In this document: in pieces, positions 52,966 through 64,000 of the stretch
How the letters are laid out: every line of letters starts with the position of its first letter
How positions within the stretch are numbered: position 1 is the stretch's first letter
NCBI GenBank assembly: GCA_000320545.1
Contig: ADNK01000036.1
Span: forward strand, 86,678-150,677
Length of the DNA stretch: 64,000 nt
Reading direction: 5' to 3'
DNA from: Bigelowiella natans CCMP2755
Lineage: Eukaryota > Protista > Cercozoa
Position numbers and translations under genes: made by a program
Notes under the pieces: generated by a model
What the model was told of the DNA's origin: nothing
Seen by the model: only the letters and a program-made list of their open reading frames with translations
Database searches by the model: none

Positions 52966-55900
52966 CTATCTGAAATAGTATTTGATAGCAGGAATCTCAA
53001 TTTCCTCCCCATCCTCCAGTTCCCTATCAGTGGGCGTGACATCTGCATCAAGCACGAGGAACTCGCGGTTTGGATCTTCCAGGGGCCCATAGGCCTTCGT
53101 GTAAGCTTCGAAGACTGTCATGTTGTCGTAACTCGTTGCTTGCTCCAGCATAGCATTCGCCGTGTCGATGCTTTGCTGCAGGATTTTCTTTTGGGTGGGA
53201 TTCTTCATTCGTTGAAGCATTCGCTCACTAAACTTCTTCTTGTTCTGGTACATGGCAACGTTGATTTCCTGATACATCGGGACGCCCTTGTTGTTGGATT
53301 TCCTGGACAAAAAGTTTATCTTCAGACCGCCCTCTTGCTTTGCAAACCTTTCGATAAACTCAGAGATCTTCAGGTCCTTTCCGTCTTTGAAATCGATAAA
53401 ATCGTAGCAGGTGAACTTGTCTGGGATGCACGTGAGGATCTTCTTTACTTCCACGACTTCGTCGTCCTGGACTTCTTCAGTGACCATTTTGCCTGATCGG
53501 TGGCATTTAGGGTCGCATGGAAGTTCGATAACATATGTATTCACCGCCAAGTTGATAGTTGACCAACGATAATCGTCGATATTTTCAACCGCCAGGATTT
53601 GCTTGTAAACTTCCATAAACACTAGCCCTGTAATCGACGCCGTTGCTGTTGCGATGGCTGCTATTATGCGCCCCGCTATCATCCGACAGTGTTGTTTTGT
53701 TGATGGCTTAAGGTTTCTGGTCCAGCCTCTCAGATTCGACGCTATGGTGATCCAGTCGACGTGATGATTTGTGTCGTCATCCTTTTCAAACTCAGCAGGG
53801 AACAGCTTGACAAGCTTGTCCACGTCCAGCTTTTGGATCTCCTTGCGCATATTTTCAATCTCCTCGTAGTCATCCGAGGACACCATTGTCGCTCCCTTTT
53901 GTTCCCCTCCACCCTCCGGGTCATCAACATTCTCCTTCTTGGGTGTCCACTCTGCCGTCTCCGTGGTAGCTGCAAGTTTAAGCACCTCCTTTTCGTCCGG
54001 GTACCCCCCCTTCGTGAGCCCGAAGGTATCCGCGAATATACACGTCGTGTGGTAAACAAAGTCCACATGATCTTGGTTCTTGGCGTCGAACTCCTCATGG
54101 GGGCGTGGGAACCGACGGCGTCCGTGCCAAAATGGCCCTCGGTCCTCTCCCGATTTCTTGTCGACTTTTCGCGCGTCCTTGGGGAAAGTGTGGATCAGAT
54201 TCTTACACTCGTCGCGGAAAAACTGTAGGAAATGGTCCATTGCAAGCTTCACACACTGCTCCAGGGTTGGATTCGAAGCGATCTTCACCCATTTCAGAGT
54301 CTTTTCTAGAGTGTCCTTCTCCTCAGAGATGTTCTTTCCGGTCTTCTCGAGGTACTTTTCCACACCACTTTTCCTCAAATCCTCGTATGCTGACGGGCCA
54401 TCTTCGAACACGCTCCCAAACATAACTCTGCTCCATTCGATACAGTGCAAAGGCTCGAAGGGGAAGAAAGTCAGCGTGCACATTGCAATGCCCTGTCCCT
54501 CTCCTGGGGGAGATCCTTCTTGATAGCAAGGAGTTTTCTTCGGAACATGTACTGTCTGGTTTGCCTGGGTTCCGAGCGTTCCCGACTCAAAGAGGGGCTT
54601 GCCGAATGTCACGCATTTAGTATCGACGTAGTATCTTGCCTTGATGTTATCGAGAGCGTTTATTACGAAGTCTAAACTCTGCCAGAACTTATCTGAGAAT
54701 TCATTTTCAGTCTTGGGCTCCACACGGGTAGTATGCAATTTCAGCCCGCATTTCAGGTCTGGGTTCATATCAACCGCGGAGCCTGAAGCACACTCCGCCT
54801 TGAGCTTGCCCACGTGCTTCCTCCGAAATAAGAATTGCCTGCTCAGATTCGATAACTCTATGACATCGTCGTCCGTTACGTGGACTGCTCCCTCATTGCT
54901 ACACCCAAGACCTGTGAGGGCAATGTTTTTAAGGAACTCGCAGCCGAGTGCTCCGCAGCCAACGAGGAAGAATTTTGCCTTCTTCGCATTGGCAACAAAT
55001 GAATCTCCAAATAGGCATCGGTAGTAGTCGTATCGGTCGCCCACGGCCTTACTTGCCTTCTCCAGGGAAAGAAGTTGCAAAGCATGCATGTAGATCCACT
55101 GCTTCATAGGAGTATACTTGCCTGTTTGCTTCATAGCTTCCTGTGCAACAATACCGCCTGCAAATACGGCCAGTGCATTTGTCTCAGCTCTTGCAAACAA
55201 AGACGCCTTTCTAATGAAGGTTTCGTCAAATCCACCGATGGCTTCAGCCCATTCAAATTTCTTGGCAATCTTAATACATGCATCTGCATCTTTCTCGTCA
55301 TGCATGCAAGGGAGATGCCCATTCTCCTCTTCGAATGTTTTGACAGCCGCCCAAGCTACATGTTGTTTCGCTTCCTCAAAGGTATGAGACATATCTGTAA
55401 AAAATTGCTCGAAAGATGGGGCTGTATACTGTTTCTTCAAGGATTCGTATGATTCCTTGATCGCTAGTTTGACTTGAGAACCCATACCTCCTCCTTGATA
55501 CTCTCCTAGATCGCTGATGTCACCAATGTAGAATACACTTGGATTGGTGCGATGGGTCTTTATTTGGCAAATCGAGTTAATATCGGTAATTTTCTGGCCC
55601 AATTTGAAAATGTGCCCGCCTTCAGAATTCTTCGAATCAGCCTGTGACTTAGACATTATGATCTCATCAAATTTAATGTACTCTCTGTCGGACAGAAGTG
55701 ACCGTTCTCCTTCGGTTGTAATCTTTCCACATTTACTCTTTTTGCAAGTCTTGTCGTTCTTATCGGCAAGATTTAATATTTCTGGAATCGAGATACTCTT
55801 CTGGCGTTTTTCATCCATTTCGATACCAGCTATTGATTTCAGTATACCAATTGCGGCAACTTTTTTATCTTTATAGCCCATCTTTCCCACTTCCTCGTCA

Positions 55901-56756
55901 GACTTTCCCCCAGCCTCACTCTTCAGGAACTCCTCGATTGAATCGTAGGGCTCATTTACGATTTCCACTTTATCTATTACGATTGTTCGCTCTGCTTCTC
56001 CGCTCGCATCGAATATCTCATGTTCAGTTCCAAAATCAGAAAAAATAGTTAAAAGCAACCCATAAGTGTTCGCATAAATGAATTTCTTTCCCTTCTTCCG
56101 CAAATATTCATTCATTTCGTATAACTTCGAAAGCGGCGTGTTGTCCGCAAAGATGACGACGTCGAATCCGTCCAGATCTTCTTTCTTCAGATCGCCTTTA
56201 TGAACTTCAAAGTATGTATTCGGATTTATCTCCGATAATGATTTCTCGCATGCCCCAGAGCGTGATTTTTTGGATTTCACGTCCTCTTCGCTGAAAATTT
56301 GAAATTTTAGAAATCGTGGATGGGAAGAACTGTGTTGTTGTCTGTTGTATGAGTTGCACTATTGCAAAGGTACTTACGTGATGTAAAAGTTTGTTCCCAT
56401 GTCAGCGAATTCCGCATTCTCATCGTCGTGCACCATTACAGTGTGCGGCCCTGCGAGCATCAGGTTCTTTGCTACTTCAATCCCGATCCCTCGAAGTCCG
56501 ATTACGGCACACTAATTGGGAGTAAAGAAACCAAACGTACATTCAATATGAGTGTGTATGGGAGCGACAGATGGAAAGGGAGGAGATGCTGCATGTAACA
56601 AACGTAAATTTGCTCTCTCCTCGCTTGCTAGTGAAAGCATATTACTCGCATCTTTTTCAGCTTGCCGATCATCTTAGCCCCGTAAGTGCCCTCCTGACGG
56701 CTGAGGTCTTCTTTCATCTTTACTTCGCCTTGATGGCTGGACTCCTCAATTTCCAT
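52966..56756 (-). CDS. Ubiquitin-activating enzyme E1 (UBA1/UBA6 family), divergent; 3 exons
   Basis: SRQEGTYG, GLRGIGIEVAKNLMLAG, VGCGALGCE, DVIELSNLSRQFLFR, NALDNIKARYYVD, ESGTLGTQ, catalytic AMCTL..HCIEWSR, FEKDDDTNHH, AGRIIAAIATATA. Confidence 0.95.
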
Positions 56757-57938
56757 GGTCGTTCGTGTACTACTCTACCGCGCAGTTGAGAATTGAGTTT
56801 TTGGTTGAGGAGGAGGAAGGTTGAGTTTTGCTGTGTACGCACCCTTCACCACAGCGGCAAGTCGACCCTTGCTGTTGCAGAATCAATAGCATTTTAATTT
56901 TGCGACATGAGCTTTTTTCGAACTTCATTTTTCACGTCCTTTCCACGTGACATCCAATCAGATAACAGGAAGATACTCTGTCTCTCGTCCAGTTTTGGGC
57001 GGCGCTTCATCTCCCGCCGCTCTCTCGAGCTCTCTCCAGGAAAGTAAAGAAACGGACGAAAAAGAAATGCGAAGAAAGAGCAGTAAGTAACCGCTTTTCT
57101 AAGGAAAAGAAAAGAAAATATCGTCCCCCCGGAAAAGTCCGTGCATGGAAATTGTGTAAAAGTCAAAGGGAAGCTTTGAGACCTGAAAAGAAATCACAAC
57201 TTCTGAAATTGCATTAAAAACAATGGTATAAAATTGAATTAAGAAAGGATTTGACCATAAATAGCATTAATTAGGTATTGTTGTATCATAATCGAGACAC
57301 ACTATATCTGTAATCTTTTATGACTTCTCGTTGAAAATGGGGGATATTTTCGGATTGAGTAACTGGGACGCGCAGTGTAATTTCCAAGCCTAAAACTCCT
57401 AAGTGCGAGCTCCAATACGAAATCCTGGACCTAAATTACAGGATTCTGTCCGTATCAATCTTGTCGTTTACTCATTATTACTGTATATTTTCTAATGAGT
57501 AATTTGCGTATCACGCATCTTAGTTTGAAAATTGTTCTGCAGAGCCAGTGCGCGGAGATGACGCTCCTGGCGAGACTATTTTCGCGAAGACAGAGAATTT
57601 AGTCGTTGTCTCAATGACGTATCCTTAGGCCATTTCTTGCGCTTAAAATCCGCTCAAGCAATAAAGCGAGGTAGAGCCTTTCCCCCCCTTCGAGAATCTT
57701 GCAGGCAGGCTACCTACCTGCGTGCCCACATAGGGCAAATTTGAGAGAGTATTCGAAAATATGCAAATCTTCGACTTTGATATTCTGCCGAGATTAAAAT
57801 TTGAGTTATTTCTGGGGGGCGAATGGGAGAGCACATTTCATAGACTGCACCTCCAAGCCAGAAAAAAGAGACAATGCATTTGCATGATGGGGGAGGTCTA
57901 ATTATGTCCTACTTACAAGCTGCATCATTAATTACTAG

Positions 57939-60054
57939 ATGGCGAAGAAAAGGGATAAACGCCGTAAACAGAAGGCAGCAGCGGCCAAAGAAAAGGCAAA
58001 GCAAGCTGCTGCTCCAGACACCATTGCAGGCAAGGCCCGTAGCGCGGTGTTCAGGAAAGACTACGATACTGCCATCAAACTCTTCACCCAGGTATATTTG
58101 TTACCTCTGCATCACATCGGCAAAGGTATTAAGGAATATTCTTCAGGCAATCGCGGAAGACCAGAAGAACGAGAAGCTGTATGCGAATCGCGCAGCAACG
58201 CATATCGAGTTGTCGAACTTTGAAGAGGTGGATTGACACGTTTAGCATTCGTCATCGACGGAAAATATATAATCTCAGATATAATGGCATAAATTTGGCA
58301 GGCACTTGAGGATGCCGAGACGTGCATCAAGCTAAAACCCGATTGGCACAGAGGATATTTTCGTAAGGGCGTGGCTCTCGAGAAGCTGCTTCGATACCAA
58401 GAGGCCCGAGTTGCTTTCAAAGAAGGCGAGAAACATTCGCCTGACGACGCATCGATCAAGAAGGCACTCACTGAGTTGGAAAGCGTACTCAACGAACTCG
58501 CTATCTCCCTTGAAGAAACAGCTGCAGACAATCCTGACAATGACCGCTTCGGAAAGATGGTAATTTTGAGTAATATTGATAGCATTTATTCTATTTAAAA
58601 TTTGACTGAGCAGTGGTCAGAATTTTGTAAATTTATCACTTTTTCCTTTACTCCTATTCTTTGCGAGTTTCGCTTCGGGAAACAGTAACTGTTCGCCAAA
58701 ATGGTATTTGATTTAAACGGTTTCCACAAAATATCAGGTCAAATGGATGAAAGATGGCGGCTGCAAGTTCCCTAAGCTCTACCTGAAATATTACAGTGAG
58801 GATTACCGAGGTGTCCACAGTCTGTGCAAGATCCCGGCCAACGATTGTGTTCTGTACGTGCCGCTCAAGTACCTGATGACGAACGAGGTGGCAATGGAGT
58901 CGGAGATCGGAAAGGCGATCCAGAAATCCGGATACGAGATGCGGTCCGAGCACTCATGGTTGGCGGTGTATCTGATCCAGGAGAAGCACAAGGCTGAGAA
59001 GTCGTTCTGGAAGCCATACATCGATATCCTACCCGACAAGTACGGCAACATGCCCATGCTCTTTGGCGATGTGTACAAGAACTACCTGAAGGGCTCCTAC
59101 GCGCTGACGATGGCTGACAATCGTATGAACAGCCTCAGGGTTGAGTACGAAGGAATCTGCGCTGCATGCCCAGCCTTCCGCAAGTACATGTTCCTAGAAT
59201 TTGTCTGGGGGCGTCTCGCTGTCATCACGCGAATCTTCGGGCTGAACATCCACGGCAAGAAGACGAGTGCCCTGGTGCCTTACGCTGATATGCTTAACCA
59301 CATCACCGATAAACAGACCGACTGGCAGTACGACGACAAGCGCAAGGGCTACACGATGATCACGAATAAGGCCGTGGCGCGCGGCGAGCAGATTTTCGAC
59401 TCGTACGGCCGCAAGTGCAACGGACGCTACTTCGTGAACTACGGGTTCACCATCGACAACAACTTCATCGACAACGATGCTGTGTTCAAAGTCAGGCTGC
59501 CCCCGAACGATCCCCACTTCGGCATGAAGCTCAAGTATCTGCATGGACAGCCAATGCGAGAGTTCCAGGTGCCCCCCACCTACTCCGAGGACGTTTCCGT
59601 CCTCTCCGAAAACATGAAACCGCGCAACATGTTCTCGTTCTTCCGCTTCCTCCACGCACGCGATAAGGAGCTGTTAATGGTCTCTTCCGTCGACGGATAT
59701 CAGATCAAGGATATCAACCCAATTAGCATTCGCAACGAAATTGAAGTCCTGAAGCACATCCAGGTGGTCGCGCGGGCGAGTCTCGCGAACTTCCCTTCCG
59801 AAATGAAGCTCGATCACCAACTGCTCAAGGTAAACAAGTTCATGGACATGAATCACCGCAACTGTGTGATGATGAGGTGCGGGGAGAAGGAGACGTTGCA
59901 CTGGTACATCGACCTGGCTGACAAGGCCATCCCACTCCTCAAAATGAAGTGGAAGGATCTGAAGCGAAAGGCGGCTAAGTGCCACCAGGTCCCTACACGG
60001 TTTAACTATTACGTGACCGAAGTTGTGGTACCTCTCGTGAAAAACCAGAAGTAA
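57939..60054 (+). CDS. TPR + SET-domain methyltransferase (SETD3/Rubisco-LSMT family); 4 exons
   Basis: Three TPR motifs (YDTAIKLFTQ|AI..LYANRAA..|ALEDAETCIKLKPDWHRGYFRKG), then YRGV, SFWKPYIDILP, TRIFG, LVPYADMLNH, GEQIFDSYG..N..YFVNYGF and an LSMT substrate-binding region. Confidence 0.92.
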
Positions 60055-61060
60055 GTCTGATGATGCCCCTCTAAATGAAGAATTAGCTGTTGATAGTTGA
60101 AACGGGGGGGAGAGCGAAGTAAAGCTACAGGTATAACTGGTCCATAAAAGCGATGGGATTTAACTAGTAATCGAATCTATCATGTGAAAATGCTTTTTGA
60201 CCTCTCGAGCCGCGAGCACACGCTCTAGTTCAGAATATACAAATACGATCGGGTCATGCGAGTGAAAGAAGTAAATAAAATAATTAAATTTATCCGATAC
60301 CATTACCTCGCCAGTTTTTGGCAAATAATTAAACGGCGCTGCATCGTCACGATCTAATGTTAGATCAAAAAAGTAGCGAGTGGTCATCAGATGGAGTGCT
60401 ATGATGCTAAGCGTTTATGAATGAGCAACCGCAAACTGCCACATTTCGGCATGGTCAGCCGAGCAAGCAGTCTGTTCAGAGTGAAAGAACGTGCGTATCG
60501 TACACATCTAAAGAGCGCACGATCACGCAGCATGTACTATCATCGAGGGTCGAGGGTCGTGCAGCTGTGCCATGAATGCACTCGCGTATAGCACAACATC
60601 GCGCAGCAGGTCCAAGCTAGTGCGTGATCAATAACGCATGCATGCACGTTCATTGTTTGCAACTATGTGTGCGTAGCGACATGTGTGCTGCTGTTGCTGC
60701 GCTCGCTCATCATCACCAATAGCCATCTCGATGCATGTGCATGCGTGCATGTGCGGCACGCACTAGCTAGTCTAGCTAGCATTATGCATGCGTGCTAGCG
60801 TGTGATGCATGCTCATCGCTCATGTGATGACGTCTAGCTAAATGTGCGTGGCGCCTACGTACGTGCATGTACGTGACCAAGTATGAGCGTGATTGCACAT
60901 CGCCGCGATGCATTTCTAGGCGTCTAGACGTGTGTGTAGCGGCAAGCATTGTGTTGAATGTATCGGGCACATGCGTAACAATGAAAACGATTCCATGGTG
61001 CACCACACGCACGACATACACACTGCGCTACCCCGCTGTGCCAACGTCTAGATCTATGCC

Positions 61061-62165
61061 TCAGGAGTCATCAGCAGGGCGTTTATTCGTATCCCTCGGA
61101 CTGGTGTCAGCTCCGGAAAGAAGTTGTCGGATTCGTTTCACATATGACCTCTCTTTCCGTTTATTTCCGTGTGCCACCACGTGGCGTTGTTGTGCGTCGT
61201 AATGGGCACCATCCTGCTCAGTCTGGGCAGCATCAAGCCTCTGACCCAAACAATCGATAGGTCTTCGGCCTTGGCGGTCTTCAATGCTGACACTAGCTTT
61301 CGCATCAACAAGGCGTTTCACGAAGAGAGACCCACTATGTCGTGCAAATGCTGAAGGGCCAACAAAACAGCACGTATTAGATTGAAATGCTATTCAAAAA
61401 AAATACATATCAACAAAAAATTGAAAACCTGTTATTATATACCACTACGCTTAGATCGACTCCAAATTTTGTAACTGATGTAACATGTGCGTCACTAACC
61501 CGCGGCTAGGTGAAGGGGTGTTTGGCCCGCAGCATTTTGCCGATTCGGATCAACTCTTGCCGTCAGCAACATGCCGACTATTCTGGTGGTTGGACTGATG
61601 ATACTGTATAGGTCCTGTGAGGTATCAAGAGCACGGTACAAATGTTAGATATTATTTCGAGTCAAAACAGATTAAAAAAAAAAAAAAAGAGGCATTTTAC
61701 GCGCGTATGCGTTCGTAGTCTCTACACAGGTTTTTCATATTCGAATTATTCTAGCAAGCTCACACGATGATCCAAGTCTCACAACTATTCTACTCATCCC
61801 CACACAATAACTTAGTCAAAAACAAAGTGCGCGTAAGCGCATGTTTGTGGATTTGTCGCCCCTACCTCCGATTCATCCATCTGCATCGCTAGATGCAAGA
61901 GAGTCCCCCCCCCCCTCGCCTTTGACACTTCAATGCTAGCATCGGCGCGTGCCTCAAGAAGCGTTGCAGTCATTTTAAAGCATTGCTGGCTGACGGCAAC
62001 CTACAAACCATACACACACCATTGGTCGAAGCTCTCCCTCCCTGTGAGGCGGTATGCTGCTGCTTATCACTAGCATTCTCAGTGCGGCTCTTCATATGAG
62101 TGATAGTTATCCTTATTCGTTGCGTGTACTACCTCTAGAGGGCAGAGACCACCCTTGATATCATC
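61061..62165 (-). CDS. Small ankyrin-repeat protein; 5' exons uncertain
   Basis: IVGMLLTARVDPNRQNAAGQTPLHLAA|AFARHSGSLFVKRLVDAKASVSIEDRQGRRPID. Confidence 0.75.
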
Positions 62166-62349
62166 CGTTCGGTTGGGGTCTGCGTTGTGAGTCAGCAGCC
62201 TGAGGGGGGGCGGGAGGAGCAATCGCATTAGAGAAGGCAGAGGAACCAACAGTAGCGACAGGGACTGATGACATGCTGTTTTGCTGTCATCCCTGAGAGG
62301 AAGAAAGGGGGTTTATATTGCGATCATCACTTTGTCGCAACGCAAAGTC

Positions 62350-62385
<36 letters not shown>

Positions 62386-62559
62386 CTTCTTCTTCTTCTT
62401 CGTCCACTCTCTCCGCCTGAATGCATCTATGCGCGTCTGTGCTTGCCGCACCCCCGCTCTGCTGAGGGAACACGCGGGTGGGAGAAAGGAAACATCGCCG
62501 TCTTTTTGCTGCTCTTATTTGTTGTGTGCATCATGTAAAAACTAAAAAAGAAGACTATG

Positions 62560-63500
62560 TGCCCCGCCTCAAGCGGGCATCGACCATTCTCCGAGCTCTT
62601 CGTTGTCATATCGTGCGGCGTGCACGAGGCCACGCGTCATTGCCATAGAAGACGACTCGGATGACTTTGGTGATATTCGCGCTTCTGATTTCATGAGAAA
62701 TCGAAGGGCCCTAGGATGCGTTTGTGGTCGGCAGAAAGGGAGGAGGGGGTAAGGGAACACAGAATTCTTGTCGGTAGAGGATCCTTAAAGGCTATTCAGA
62801 GCACAAGCTGCAGCAAGCAAGAGACAAAAGCTCTGCGTGGGTGTGCGCGTGTGTGTATGTGCGTGTTGTGCGTGCGGAGATATTTTGCCAGCAAAGAGCG
62901 GTGAGCAGGAGTCTCTCCCCTCCCTGACCTATCATTCCTATTCTGCACAGCTTCCTCCACAGCATCAGAGAAGACGCCGGCGTCATTTAGCGCCCTGCGT
63001 TGCACGCCAACGGCTTGGTTTTAGTTTAAATAAGGTTTCGAACGGACTGCAGGAAAGAGAGACTAGGGGGGTGGGGGGGCTAGGGGGCGAAGCTGACATG
63101 TTAGTGACGGTGATGACGGTGATGACGGTGATATTGACAGTGTGGTAATGAGAAGACTATAGATTGGGTTATGATCTGCACACCATTGTCGCGCCTTGCC
63201 CTTCGCGTACTCAAGCCATGTGTGTCCACGTTCATTCATGATTGAAAGACCGCAGCTTCCAGGCATCATCATCGTCATCGGTATAGAAGAAGAAGTAGCA
63301 GCAGCAGCCCTGGTAGTTTTCTCGTCGTTACTACTTCTTCTCCTTCTTCTTCGGTGGCGGTGGTGGCCAAGGAAGCATTTGACCTTCGTTATAAAGCGTA
63401 TGCGGAAAGTGAAACACACGCACACACACAGAGAGAAAGAGAGGGAAGAGGTAGGAAGGGCGAGAAAACTGGGAGGGCGGCGGCTGTTACTTCTAGCTAG
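62560..63500 (+). CDS. Probable micro-exon gene of unknown function
   Basis: Several short AG..GT-bounded coding-like blocks lie between simple-repeat tracts (e.g. EDDSDDFGDIRASDFMRNRRALG; LGYDLHTIVAPCPS; EAFDLRYKAYAE). No domain was recognised and the frame chain was not verified. Confidence 0.35.
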
Positions 63501-64000
63501 CTGATCGAGACCGTCAACCAGCAATGATTACTAGATTATCTAGCATCAATGACAACCGCAAAGGACTTTCGTAAGCAAAAAGATGGGCCAAGCATGCGCT
63601 GCACATATCGATCCTCACGTCTCTGTCCAGATGTCCGCACACTTGAAACATCATGCATGTGCATTCCAATCACGAGCGTGTTAGATGAACATCTCCTGAT
63701 CTCATGCACAACTATAGACAAATCCAAACATTCGTCCCAGCAGGTGATGCACACACATCTAAACATCGCATTCACATGTAATGCGCACACAAGACACTTC
63801 GATTCGTCAACTGTTATAGACACCTCCATGTTAGACGGCTGTTGTGCTTTGCACTGAGCATGCACGACGTGAAGAGTTGCTTTCATCCTGCGTGCTTCAT
63901 TTGCATGATCATGATTTCAGATGATGATCGAAATTCCGCATGAGCTAGCTTGCGCCACACATGCAAACACACATGCACATGTAGTTGCGTGTCTTCATTG

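Noticed and set aside
60782-61021. ORFs in TA-depleted gaps (also 34643-34849 and 63536-63886)
   Set aside because: Same stop-codon-depletion artefact; no domain signal.

Overview
Intron-rich, gene-dense eukaryotic nuclear DNA with GT-AG introns (many ~60-100 nt, others filled with microsatellites). A chlorarachniophyte-like or other complex-plastid protist is plausible from a signal-peptide plus LRGG leader, but that is inference. About 14 genes were reconstructed by hand: TRRAP/Tra1 (+); a micro-exon gene ending in a catalytically degenerate USB1-like 2H domain (-); an apparent STE20 + MAP2K tandem kinase (-); a FUT8/GT23-like fucosyltransferase (+); a single-pass membrane protein (-); a DDT/WHIM (RSF1/CECR2-like) protein (+); a membrane-bound bZIP (-); a secreted SEA-like protein (+); a 4xPH protein (-); a PRMT with a signal peptide (+); a ubiquitin E1 (-); a TPR-SETD3-like protein (+); an ankyrin protein (-); and a probable micro-exon gene (+). 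The most striking signal is non-genic. A decayed LINE 3' end at ~21.6-22.6 kb and its flank are almost free of TpA: 14 TA in 21601-23160 by hand count, all in CTA and/or TAG context. The same TA->TG/CA signature, with CTAG spared, marks every gap between convergent gene 3' ends, while promoters and intronic (TA)n tracts nearby are untouched. This looks like a targeted, RIP-like A-to-G DNA hypermutation system. All gene models are manual and unverified by RNA data.
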